From positions 23,182 through 87,181 of the forward strand of contig DATIBF010000053.1 of the NCBI GenBank assembly GCA_035457655.1: a stretch of DNA of 64,000 nt, written 5' to 3'. The notes beneath the pieces were generated by a model. It was not told the origin of the DNA. It ran no database searches and saw nothing but the letters and a program-made list of their open reading frames with translations. Source of the stretch: Gaiellaceae bacterium (GTDB lineage: Bacteria > Actinomycetota > Thermoleophilia > Gaiellales > Gaiellaceae). A program made the translations under genes and the position numbers. The first letter of the stretch is position 1, and every line of letters starts with the position of its first letter. Positions 53,628 to 62,581 of the stretch are shown piece after piece.

Positions 53628-55340
53628 ATGAAGCTGACAGCGACGACGCACGAGGCGCCAGGCGCATCGCCGCCGGCATCCGAGCCGACCGTTTTGCGGG
53701 CGATGCCTTCGTCTCGGCTCGACTGGGTGGTCGGCGGGATCACGGTCGCCCTGTACCTGCTCGGCCAGCTCGTGTACCTGCAGGGCCCGCATCCCTACGA
53801 CCCCTCGTGGTACTTCCGCACGGCCTTCGACTTCCCGGACGTTGCCCCGGACCTCTTCACCCTGCGCATCGGCCTCATGGCCCCGGTCCGCGCCGCGCTC
53901 GGGGTCTTCGGGCCCTCGGAAGCCGCCCTCTACGCCGTTCCGCTCCTCTCGGGCATGGCCCTCGTGGGAGCGGTCTACGCGACCATGCTCCTGCTCTTCC
54001 GAGATCGTCTGCTCGCCGCTGCGGCGGCGCTCGTGACCGGGCTGAACGTCAACTACCTGGTCAACTCGAGCCAGATCTTCCCCGATCTCACCGCGACCGC
54101 GACGTTCACCGCCGCGTTTCTCTGCCTCTTGATCGCCGGCTCGCGGCCGCAGGAGTCCCCGCGCACGTGGGTGCCGACCGCGGCCGTGGTCTGCGGCGGC
54201 GTCCTCCTCGGCTGGAGCTACCTCGTGCGTGAGTTCAGCCCGATCCTCCTCCCCGCCGTCATCGCCCTGGTGCTCCTCCTCCGCTATCCCCTCCGTCGGA
54301 TTGTCCTGCTCGCGGGCGCTGCGGTGGCCACGGCAGCGCTCGAGCTCCTCTACGGCTGGGTGTACGCAGGCGACCCGTTCGTGCACCTACGGCTCCTGCT
54401 CGAGCGAGGCGACGCCGAGCTTGTCGAAGGCCAGGTTCGGATGGAGCACATCCAGGACCAGCTCGGCAGCCCCCTCGACACACTGCTCGTCCTCCCGCGC
54501 CTGCTCCTGGCCTGGGACACGGGCTGGGTGTTCCTTCTGCTGGCCGCGCTCCTCCTGGTGGCGCTCGTGCTGCTCCGAGACCGCCGTCTCTGGCTGCTGG
54601 CGGCCTGGTTCCTGAGTTTTCTCGTCGCGATGGCGCTCGTCGGGCTGGGGTCGTTCTCCTCGGGCCGCTGGGTCCTGAACATCACGAACATCCGCTACTG
54701 GTATCCGGTCTTTCCGCCGCTCGTGATGGGGGCGTTCGGCGGCCTGTGGCTCCTTCTGCGCAGGCGGATCGACGGACGACGCGGGCTCCGCGCGGCGCAG
54801 CTGGGTGCCGTCGCGCTCGCGGCCCTGGTGCTGATCCCCGGCTTCCGCGAGTTCTCGCGGTGTGACGACAGAGAAGCGTGGAGGAACGACCCGGCCACGC
54901 GCTGGCACGAGCTCCGTTCGTGGTTCTCGACTCCCGAGGCTGCGCAGATGGACGTCGTGTGGACCGACCCGTACACGAGCCGCCTCCTTCCCGCCTTCAC
55001 CGGGTCGACCTTCGGAGTGCGGGTCTGGGACGGCGACGTCGAGACGCTGGACTCCTTCGGGGACGTGCCGTCCACCGGTGATCCCGCGACCTTGCTCCTG
55101 GTGCACAAGGACCGCTGGGTCGCCCGGGAGGACGCGTCTCAGGCGCTCGAAGCGCTTCGCGAGGAGTGGGCGCCGGTGTTCGTCACCGGCGACAAGAGGA
55201 TGGTCGTGCTCGCCCCTCGCGGGGCGGCGATCACGGACGAGGTGCCGGCGGGCGGGGAGTGGTGGAACCTGTGGACCGGCTTCGTGCCGGTGGCACCGGG
55301 CGGTACGTGCGGCCGCAACCCGTACGACCTCGGCGCCTAG
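53628..55340 (+). CDS. Polytopic membrane protein, GT-C/ArnT-PMT-like (putative glycosyltransferase)
   Basis: Multiple TM helices plus a C-terminal soluble domain. YDPSWYFRTAFDFPDV first-loop region. Alternative start ATG 53703 (MPSSRLDW...). Confidence 0.7.
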   Translation: MKLTATTHEAPGASPPASEPTVLRAMPSSRLDWVVGGITVALYLLGQLVYLQGPHPYDPSWYFRTAFDFPDVAPDLFTLRIGLMAPVRAALGVFGPSEAALYAVPLLSGMALVGAVYATMLLLFRDRLLAAAAALVTGLNVNYLVNSSQIFPDLTATATFTAAFLCLLIAGSRPQESPRTWVPTAAVVCGGVLLGWSYLVREFSPILLPAVIALVLLLRYPLRRIVLLAGAAVATAALELLYGWVYAGDPFVHLRLLLERGDAELVEGQVRMEHIQDQLGSPLDTLLVLPRLLLAWDTGWVFLLLAALLLVALVLLRDRRLWLLAAWFLSFLVAMALVGLGSFSSGRWVLNITNIRYWYPVFPPLVMGAFGGLWLLLRRRIDGRRGLRAAQLGAVALAALVLIPGFREFSRCDDREAWRNDPATRWHELRSWFSTPEAAQMDVVWTDPYTSRLLPAFTGSTFGVRVWDGDVETLDSFGDVPSTGDPATLLLVHKDRWVAREDASQALEALREEWAPVFVTGDKRMVVLAPRGAAITDEVPAGGEWWNLWTGFVPVAPGGTCGRNPYDLGA

Positions 55341-55366
55341 GCGGAGGGGTGCCCACGGGCACTCGG

Positions 55367-55372
55367 TATCCT
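55367..55372 (+). promoter_or_regulatory. -10-like TATCCT, 8 nt upstream of ATG 55381
   Basis: Fits TANNNT, with no SD before the ATG. Confidence 0.25.
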
Positions 55373-55380
55373 CCTCGCCC

Positions 55381-56886
55381 ATGGCCAACCGCGTGCTCGT
55401 CGTCGGCTGGGACGGCGCCGACTGGGACGTCCTCGACCCGCTCCTCGCCGCCGGCGAGCTGCCCGCGCTCCAGGAGCTGATCGCGCGCGGCCGGCGGGGC
55501 GTATCGCGCTCGTGTCTTCCGTCCCATTCCTGGGCCGCCTGGCCGACGTTCCTCACCGGCAGGGACCCGGCGGGCCATGGGGTGTTCGACATCCTCGAGT
55601 ACCGCCCCGGGGCGACGCGGCGGCTGCCGGTCTCGTACCGCTCCATCCTCGCGCCGACGTGGCCCGACCGGCTGTCCGCGGCCGGGAAGGCGACGCTGCT
55701 CGTCAACGTGCCGCTGACGTACCCGCCGCCGGAGATCCGGGGCGTGGCAATCGCCGGGGGCGTCGTCCCCCCCGGACGGACGTTCAGCCACCCTGCCGAC
55801 GCCGGCCCGCGACTGGGCTGGCCGATCAACGGCGGCTCGTGGACGACGCTCCGGCACAAGCCGCTCCAACTCGTCGCCGAGCTCGAGCAGCTGACTCGCA
55901 GGCGTGCCGCCGCCGTGCGCACGCTCCTGGACGAGGAGCCTTGGGACGCGGCCTGCATCGTCTTCGTCTCGCCCGACCGGCTCCAGCATTGCCTGCTCGA
56001 GTACGTCCACCCCGAGCATCCCCGGCATGCAGAGGTGGCCGCCTCGCCCGTCGGCGACCGCGTGCGCGACGTCTATCGTCTGCTCGACCGCGAGCTGCGC
56101 ACCCTGGAGGCCCGGACCGACGACGACGACCTCGTCGTCCTCATGTCGGACCACGGTCACCAGCCCGTGACGCGGGCGCTCTCGATGAACAAGGTGCTCG
56201 AGCACCTCGGCTTTCTGCGCTTCGGCCGCGGCTCCGGGCTCGTCAACCTGCTCGCGTGGGGCCGGGTTCGGTCGCTCGCGCGGGTCGTGTACGACCGGCT
56301 GGGGCTGCACGGGCGCGTCGCCGTCCCGACTGCGCCCATCGACTGGGCGCACACGATGGCCTACACGAGCGTGATCTCCACGGGCGAGGGCGTCTCCCTC
56401 AACCTCGCAGGCCGCGAGCCAAACGGCATCGTCGCGGGCGCCGACTACGAGCGCGTGCGCGACGAGGTCGCCGCCGCCTTGCTCGAGCTCACGGACCCCG
56501 AGACGGGCGCGCATCCGATCGGCGGCGTGCTCCGCAAGGAGGACGTGCTCGCCGGCCCGTACCTGGACCGCGCCCCCGACCTCCTTCTCCAGCCGGCGCC
56601 GCTCTACAGCCTCACGCATGCTCGCCAGCTCGTCGAGGAGGCCGACTGGCTCTCCGGCGACCACCGGCCTGAGGGGATCTACGCGCTCGCCGGGCCGGGC
56701 GTCGATCCGGGTGAGGGCCCCGAGACTTCCCTCGCGGACTTCGCGGGCCGGATCGCCGAGGCGGTCGGGCTCGATCCCGACCCGGAGTGGGGCCGCAGCC
56801 CCTCGGGAGAGGCGGTCGGCGTCTTCAGCGAGGAGGAGGAGCGCCTGGTGGAGGAGCGACTCCGCGGCCTTGGCTATCTCGAGTAG
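55381..56886 (+). CDS. Alkaline-phosphatase-superfamily protein, NPP/phosphodiesterase type (second copy in the window)
   Basis: VLVVGWDGADWDVL, LPSHSWAAWPTFLTGRDPAGHGVF, VLMSDHGH and GDHRPEG. Confidence 0.85.
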   Translation: MANRVLVVGWDGADWDVLDPLLAAGELPALQELIARGRRGVSRSCLPSHSWAAWPTFLTGRDPAGHGVFDILEYRPGATRRLPVSYRSILAPTWPDRLSAAGKATLLVNVPLTYPPPEIRGVAIAGGVVPPGRTFSHPADAGPRLGWPINGGSWTTLRHKPLQLVAELEQLTRRRAAAVRTLLDEEPWDAACIVFVSPDRLQHCLLEYVHPEHPRHAEVAASPVGDRVRDVYRLLDRELRTLEARTDDDDLVVLMSDHGHQPVTRALSMNKVLEHLGFLRFGRGSGLVNLLAWGRVRSLARVVYDRLGLHGRVAVPTAPIDWAHTMAYTSVISTGEGVSLNLAGREPNGIVAGADYERVRDEVAAALLELTDPETGAHPIGGVLRKEDVLAGPYLDRAPDLLLQPAPLYSLTHARQLVEEADWLSGDHRPEGIYALAGPGVDPGEGPETSLADFAGRIAEAVGLDPDPEWGRSPSGEAVGVFSEEEERLVEERLRGLGYLE

Positions 56887-56901
56887 CCCGTCCCGAGCGG
56901 C

Positions 56902-58371
56902 GTGAGCGAAGAGCGCACGCTCCTCTCGGGCACGGCGGCGAACGTCGTCGGCCTCGGCGTTGGGGTGGCGGCGGCCATGGGCACGCAGATCCTGCTCGGC
57001 CGGACGCTCCTGCCGGGCGCGTTCGGCATCGTCACGGTCGCCGTCCAGGTCGCGTTCGTCGCGTCGGCGGGAACCCGCTTCGGCATGGACATGGCCGCGG
57101 TGCGGCTGGTCGCGATCGGCCGAGGCGCGAGCGCGGCCGACCATCTCCGCAGCCTCGTCGACCGCTGCGCGCTCATCGCCTTCGCCGCCAGCATCGTACT
57201 CGCCGCCGTACTCGCGGCGTCGGCGCCGCTCTTCGGCGACTACGCCCGGGCCATCGCGCTCGCCGCGCCGGGGATCCCCTTCATCGCACTCACGAGCGTC
57301 TACCTCGGCGCCACGCGGGGACTGACCCAGATGCGGCAGACCCTCTACGTCTTCTGGATCGGCCAGCCGCTCGTCTGGATCGTCCTCGCGGGAGCCGCGA
57401 TCGCCGCAGGCGGCGAGAGCGACGCGGTCATCCTCGCCTACGGCGCCTCCTGGCTCGTCGCGTCCCTGGCCGCCTGGGCCCTCTGGCGCTGGGAAGCACG
57501 CGCCTTCGCGGGCCGGCCGGCCACCAGGGAGGAGGTGCGCGCGGTCATCCGCTACGGGCTTCCGCGCGCGCCGGCGGCGCTGCTCGCCCAGGCGATCTTC
57601 TGGGCGGATCTCTGGGTGCTCGCCGCCTTCGAGCAGGGAACCGAGCTCGACGCCTACTCGGCCGCGGCCCGCATCTCGCAGGTGCTGCTCCTCTTCCTCA
57701 CGTCGCTCAACCTCGTCTTCTCCCCGTTTGCCGCCGACCTCCACGCCCGTGGCGAGCGCGAGCGGCTCGGAGAGCTCTTCAAGCGCAGCACCCGCTGGGC
57801 GCTCGCGGCCACGCTGCCACTCCTGATCGTCCTCTTCGTCGCCGCCGACGACGTCCTGGAGGCGTTCTCGAGCCGGTACGAGGTAGGCGAGAGCGCCCTT
57901 CGCATCCTCCTCGCCGGCCAGGCCGTGAACGTCGCCACCGGCGGCGTCGCCTTCATCCTGATCATGACCGGGTTCACCGGCGTCGACCTCGTCGACAACG
58001 CGCTCGGCCTGGCACTCCTCGTGGGCCTCGCAGTCGGGCTCACCGCCGCCTTCGGGATGGAGGGCGCCGCGGCTGCCGCCGCCGTGAGCATCGCCGTCTT
58101 GAACGTCGTGCGCCTCGTCCAGGTCCGCCGCCGCGTCGGCATCCAGCCCTACGAGCGCGCCTATGTCGGCCTTGCCTTGCCGGCGGGAGCCGCCGCCCTG
58201 ACCGCCGTCGTGCTCCAGGCCGCACTCGCCGGCCGGGCCTGGTGGGTCTCGCTGGCGGCGACCGCCGCGGGCGCCTTCATCGCCTACGCGGCGGTGCTTC
58301 CCGTCGTCCTGCCTGCGGCCGAGCGTGCGCTCTTGACCGCGCCGGTGGTGCGGCTCAGACGGGGCACCTGA
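56902..58371 (+). CDS. Wzx/MOP-superfamily oligosaccharide flippase-like protein
   Basis: 489 aa with about 12-14 TM helices. The loop spacing and charged loops are typical of polysaccharide biosynthesis (PST) proteins. Confidence 0.75.
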   Translation: MSEERTLLSGTAANVVGLGVGVAAAMGTQILLGRTLLPGAFGIVTVAVQVAFVASAGTRFGMDMAAVRLVAIGRGASAADHLRSLVDRCALIAFAASIVLAAVLAASAPLFGDYARAIALAAPGIPFIALTSVYLGATRGLTQMRQTLYVFWIGQPLVWIVLAGAAIAAGGESDAVILAYGASWLVASLAAWALWRWEARAFAGRPATREEVRAVIRYGLPRAPAALLAQAIFWADLWVLAAFEQGTELDAYSAAARISQVLLLFLTSLNLVFSPFAADLHARGERERLGELFKRSTRWALAATLPLLIVLFVAADDVLEAFSSRYEVGESALRILLAGQAVNVATGGVAFILIMTGFTGVDLVDNALGLALLVGLAVGLTAAFGMEGAAAAAAVSIAVLNVVRLVQVRRRVGIQPYERAYVGLALPAGAAALTAVVLQAALAGRAWWVSLAATAAGAFIAYAAVLPVVLPAAERALLTAPVVRLRRGT

Positions 58372-58479
58372 ACTGGGCGGCCGGTCCGGCGGTGGCGGCT
58401 GCTATGGTCGCCGGTTGCTGCAGGTCATCATCGAGGCGCGGGAACACGCGCAGGCTGTGAAAACGGAAGGGAGCTCCGA

Positions 58480-59655
58480 ATGCGGGTCCTGATTCTCGGC
58501 GGCGACGGCTACCTTGGTTGGCCCACGGCCATGCGCTTCTCCGGGCAGGGTCACGAGGTCGCGGTGGCCGACAGCTTCGCGCGCCGCCGCTGGGTCGAGG
58601 AGGCCGGCTCGCATTCCCTCACTCCCATCGTCTCCCTCGTCGAGCGGATCCAGGCCTGGAGCGAGGTCTCGGGCAAGGACATCGAGCCGTACGTCGGCGA
58701 CATCGCCGAGGGCACCTTCATCGCCGACGTCGTCCGGGAGTTCGAGCCCGACGCGATCGTCCACTACGGCGAGCAGCCGAGCGCGCCGTGGTCGATGAAG
58801 AGCGTCGACCACGCGGTCATGACGCAGGCGAACAACGTCATCGGCTCGCTCAAGCTTCTGTGGGCGATGCGCGACTACGCCCCCGCCGCCCACCTGATCA
58901 AGCTCGGGACGATGGGCGAATACGGAACGCCCAACATCGACATCGAGGAGGGCTTCATCGAGATCGACCACAAGGGCCGCAAGGACACCCTTCCCTTCCC
59001 GAAGCTGCCCGGGTCGCTCTACCACCTCTCGAAGGTGCACGACAGCCACAACATCCACTTCGCGTGCCGAATCTGGGGGCTCCGCGCGACCGACCTCAAC
59101 CAGGGCGTCGTCTACGGCATCGAGACTCCCGAGACGCGCCTCGACGACCGCCTCATCACGAGGTTCGACTACGACGAGCTGTTCGGCACGGCCCTGAACC
59201 GGTTTGCCGTGCAGGCCGTGATCGGGCACCCACTGACGGTCTACGGGAAAGGCGGCCAGACGCGCGGGTTCCTGAACATCGTCGACACGCTGCAGTGCGT
59301 CTCGCTCACGGCGGAGAACCCGCCGACCGAGGGCGAGTACCGCGTTTTCAACCAGTTCACGGAGGTCTTCAACGTCGGCGACCTGGCGGAGAAGGTCCGC
59401 CACGCCGCGGGCGAGCTCGGGATCGACGTGCGGGTCGACCACGTGACCAACCCGCGTCTCGAGCTGGAGGAGCACTACTACAACCCGACGCATACGAAGC
59501 TCCTCGAGCTGGGACTGCAGCCGACGCTGCTCTCCGAGACCCTGATCGAGTCCATGCTCGAGGTCATCCGCCGCTACCAGGATCGCGTCCTCGCCGACGT
59601 CATCGATCCGGTGACGCAGTGGCGCCCTGAGCCGCTGAGTCAGCGCGCGGAGTAG
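58480..59655 (+). CDS. sqdB: UDP-sulfoquinovose synthase (SQD1/SqdB/Agl3 family)
   Basis: Near-collinear match to plant SQD1 as I remember it: ILGGDGYLGWPTA, SLTPI, HYGEQPSAPWSM, KLGTMGEYGTPNIDIEEG, catalytic YHLSKVHD (Tyr-His...Lys), RATDLNQGVVYG, FGTALNRF, HPLTVYGKGGQTRGFL, RVFNQFTE and EEHYYNPTHTKL. Confidence 0.9.
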   Translation: MRVLILGGDGYLGWPTAMRFSGQGHEVAVADSFARRRWVEEAGSHSLTPIVSLVERIQAWSEVSGKDIEPYVGDIAEGTFIADVVREFEPDAIVHYGEQPSAPWSMKSVDHAVMTQANNVIGSLKLLWAMRDYAPAAHLIKLGTMGEYGTPNIDIEEGFIEIDHKGRKDTLPFPKLPGSLYHLSKVHDSHNIHFACRIWGLRATDLNQGVVYGIETPETRLDDRLITRFDYDELFGTALNRFAVQAVIGHPLTVYGKGGQTRGFLNIVDTLQCVSLTAENPPTEGEYRVFNQFTEVFNVGDLAEKVRHAAGELGIDVRVDHVTNPRLELEEHYYNPTHTKLLELGLQPTLLSETLIESMLEVIRRYQDRVLADVIDPVTQWRPEPLSQRAE

Positions 59656-59669
59656 GGCACTCGGGCGAG

Positions 59670-60722
59670 ATGGACCTGACGCCGCTTCGGGCCGCCGGGC
59701 TGCTTGCGGCGCTCGCGTTCGCGGTCGTCTCCATCTGGGCGTACCGCCGGCGGCGAATCGGCAACGGCGACCTGATCCTCCGGTTCGGGTTCTTCGTCCT
59801 CCCGCTGCTCGTCGTCTCCCTGCAGCCGGCGATCTTCAGCTGGTTCCTCGACCTATTCTCCTTCAACGAGGAGGGCGCCGGCCGGATCCTCGGCGCCGCG
59901 ATCGTGGCCGTCGCGGTGCTCTACGTTCTTGGCTACATCCTCGCCTCGCGCCAGGAGAAGACACGCCGCGACCTGACGCGGCTGATCGAGAACCTCGCCC
60001 TGAACGAGTTCCAGGCGACGGCCGACGTCGACGAGTTCGCCGGCGGGATCGCCGTCGTCATCCCCGCCTACAACGAGGCCGGCAACATCGGCCTGGTGAT
60101 CGCGAGCCTGCCCCCCGAGGTCTCCGGTCTCGAGCTCCACGCTATCGTGGTCGACGACGGCTCCTCCGACGAGACGATCGGCCGCGCGCGTCAGGCTGGG
60201 GCGGCGGCGGTGCACCTCCCCCTCAACCGCGGCCAGGGCGCGGCGCTTCGCACCGGCTACAGGTTGGCCCTCGCGACGGGCGCGCGCCTCGTCGTGACCA
60301 TGGACGCGGACGGCCAGCACCAGCCCTCCGAGCTCCCCCGCCTCGTCCAGCCGATCCTCGACGACGAGGTGGACGTCGTCAACGGCTCTCGCGTCCTCGG
60401 CGCGGCCGACCCGAACCATGCCGCCCGGATACTGGGCATCAAGGTCTTCGCCTGGGCCCTCTCGCTCTTGACGACCAGCCGCGTCACCGATCCTGCGTGC
60501 GGCTATCGCGCCGTCCGCACCGAAGCGCTCCGCGAGCTCGAGTTCCACCAGGACCAGTTCCACAACTCGGAGTTCATCCTCGAGGCGTCCAAGCGCAAGC
60601 TCAGGACGATGGAGGTGCCGGTGACGGTGTCGAGCCGGCTCTCGGGGGCGTCGAAGAAGCCGCCGCACTTCCGCTACGGGCTGGGGTTCGCGAACGCTCT
60701 GCTCCGGGCGTGGCTGCGCTAG
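59670..60722 (+). CDS. GT2 glycosyltransferase of the polyprenyl-phosphate-sugar synthase type, with an N-terminal three-helix membrane module (DUF2304-like)
   Basis: Three N-terminal TM helices, then IAVVIPAYNEAGNIG, VVDDGSSDET, LNRGQGAALRTG, VTMDADGQH and NGSR. Confidence 0.85.
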   Translation: MDLTPLRAAGLLAALAFAVVSIWAYRRRRIGNGDLILRFGFFVLPLLVVSLQPAIFSWFLDLFSFNEEGAGRILGAAIVAVAVLYVLGYILASRQEKTRRDLTRLIENLALNEFQATADVDEFAGGIAVVIPAYNEAGNIGLVIASLPPEVSGLELHAIVVDDGSSDETIGRARQAGAAAVHLPLNRGQGAALRTGYRLALATGARLVVTMDADGQHQPSELPRLVQPILDDEVDVVNGSRVLGAADPNHAARILGIKVFAWALSLLTTSRVTDPACGYRAVRTEALRELEFHQDQFHNSEFILEASKRKLRTMEVPVTVSSRLSGASKKPPHFRYGLGFANALLRAWLR

Positions 60723-62581
60723 CGGACCGCGACGGCAGTACCGCAGAGTCGGAGGCGAGGCCGGAAGCGTTCGTCCGCGTCCTTCGCTCTCGTCTCTTCG
60801 AGGAAGCCCTCGTCGTGACGATCGCGCTCCTGGCCACGCTGCATGCCGAGTGGCGCATCGTCTCGCAGGCGCTGACTTTCCAGACGGACTCGATGATCCA
60901 CGAGTTCTGGATGCGACGGTTCCGGGACGACGGGCTCTTCGGCGACCCGCTCACCGAGTCTCTCCTCGAGACGGGCTACAGCCCACCCGCATTCCGTGCC
61001 CTGTACTGGCTTGCGAGCCGCGTCGTCGACCCGGTCACGTTCGGCGAGCTGCTGCCCCTCGTGCTCCAGCCGCTGGCCGTGTGGCTGGTTTTCAGGATCG
61101 TCCGCACGCAGGTGTCCTGGCGTCCCGCCGCTTGGATCTCGGGCGCTCTCTTTCTCGTGCCGTGGGAGATACACCGCTTCAGCGGCGGCCACCCCCGCGC
61201 GTTCGCGCAGCCGATCGTGTTACTGACCGTCCTCCTACTGCTCTCACGGAGGAACCGCGCCGCGGCCCTCGTCCCGCCCGTTGGGCTCCTCCTCTATCCG
61301 CCCGCCGGCGTCGTCGCTCTCGCCGTCGTGCTGCTTTCGACGCTCGCCCGAGATCGGCGCGCCTACGTCGATGTCGAGCGCGCACGCTGGGCTGCCGTCA
61401 GCGTTCTGGGAGTTGTGGCGGCGTTCGTCCTCACGCGGTTCACGACCGGATCGCAGGATGTGATCACGGAGGCCGAGGCTCGCCTCTACCCCGAGTTCGG
61501 ACCAGGCGGCCAGATGCACTTCTTCGCCTCGTCGACGCTCGAGTACCTGCGCCAGAACTACAGCGGCTTCTTCCTTCAGGAGTCCGGCTCGATCATCGCG
61601 GTCACCGCGCTGCTCCTCCTGCTCGTCCGTCCGTCCAACACGCGGCTCCTCCGCTGGGAGGTCTGGACGATTCCGATCGTCGCGCTCGCACTCTTCCTCC
61701 TCGCGCACGCCCTCCTCTTCCGTCTCTACCTTCCACACCGCTACACGTACGCGCTGCTGCCGTTCTTCTGCATCGCCATAGGAGTCTTCCTGCGTCCCAC
61801 TCTCCAGGCCCTCTCCGCGCGTGGGCGTGCTGCCCTCGTCGTGGCACCGTTGCTCGGGCCGGCCGCCGCCTTCCTCGCGTTGGCGTTCTTCCCGCTCGGA
61901 CCTCGCTTCTCGGTCGCGGAGTTCGGCTCCTGGCTGGCGGACGCGGCGCCCGAGCTCGTCGTGGGTCTACTCGCAGGGCTCCTCTTGGCGGTGGCACTCT
62001 GGCCCAGGGAGCCCGGAGGAGCACGCTCGTTCGCGGCGGCGGCGCTCGCCGTGCCGGCGGCGCTCGTCACCGCGGCAGTGCTGGTCGCGACGGTTGCCGT
62101 CGCGGGTGGTGGACGGAGCCCTGGAGCAGTTGCCTGCCAGGAAGCCGAGCTCTACAGCTTCCTCGAGACCGTGCCGAAGGAGTCGGTCCTCGCGGCCGAC
62201 CCGCTCGACGCGAACTGCATCCCGATCGCCGCCCGGCGACCCGTCGTGATCTCGCGGAAGCTCTACCAGCCGTGGGCGGTCGAGTACTTCGACGTCATCC
62301 GCGAGCGGATGTCCGCCTCCGTCGAGGCGTTCTACGGCCCCTCGCTGTCGGCGGTGACCGAGCTGCGCGAGCGCTACGGAGCTGACTACCTCGTCGTTCG
62401 CACCCGCGGCCAGGCACACGCCTGGGGGAGCATGCAGCCGTTCACGAGCGAGGTTTCACGGCTCCGGCGCACGACCGAGGTACCCGCGGTGGAGCGACTG
62501 CCCCGTCGCTGCCTCTCGTGGAGCGGGGAGCGCTACGAGGTCTACAGCCTCGCCTGCCTGGCCGGGGAGGAGTCGGCGTGA
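60710..62581 (+). CDS. Large polytopic membrane protein (GT-C-like candidate) with a C-terminal soluble domain
   Basis: About 12 TM helices followed by a roughly 150-aa extracytoplasmic-looking tail. GTG 60710 overlaps the GT2 stop; GTG 60815 is an alternative start. Confidence 0.7.
   Translation: MAALADRDGSTAESEARPEAFVRVLRSRLFEEALVVTIALLATLHAEWRIVSQALTFQTDSMIHEFWMRRFRDDGLFGDPLTESLLETGYSPPAFRALYWLASRVVDPVTFGELLPLVLQPLAVWLVFRIVRTQVSWRPAAWISGALFLVPWEIHRFSGGHPRAFAQPIVLLTVLLLLSRRNRAAALVPPVGLLLYPPAGVVALAVVLLSTLARDRRAYVDVERARWAAVSVLGVVAAFVLTRFTTGSQDVITEAEARLYPEFGPGGQMHFFASSTLEYLRQNYSGFFLQESGSIIAVTALLLLLVRPSNTRLLRWEVWTIPIVALALFLLAHALLFRLYLPHRYTYALLPFFCIAIGVFLRPTLQALSARGRAALVVAPLLGPAAAFLALAFFPLGPRFSVAEFGSWLADAAPELVVGLLAGLLLAVALWPREPGGARSFAAAALAVPAALVTAAVLVATVAVAGGGRSPGAVACQEAELYSFLETVPKESVLAADPLDANCIPIAARRPVVISRKLYQPWAVEYFDVIRERMSASVEAFYGPSLSAVTELRERYGADYLVVRTRGQAHAWGSMQPFTSEVSRLRRTTEVPAVERLPRRCLSWSGERYEVYSLACLAGEESA

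Noticed and set aside
58414-58470. A small upstream ORF (MVAGCCRSSSRRGNTRRL) in the gap before sqdB.
   Set aside because: It is merely the tail of a spurious alternate-frame ORF (56787..58460). It has no SD and an implausible composition.
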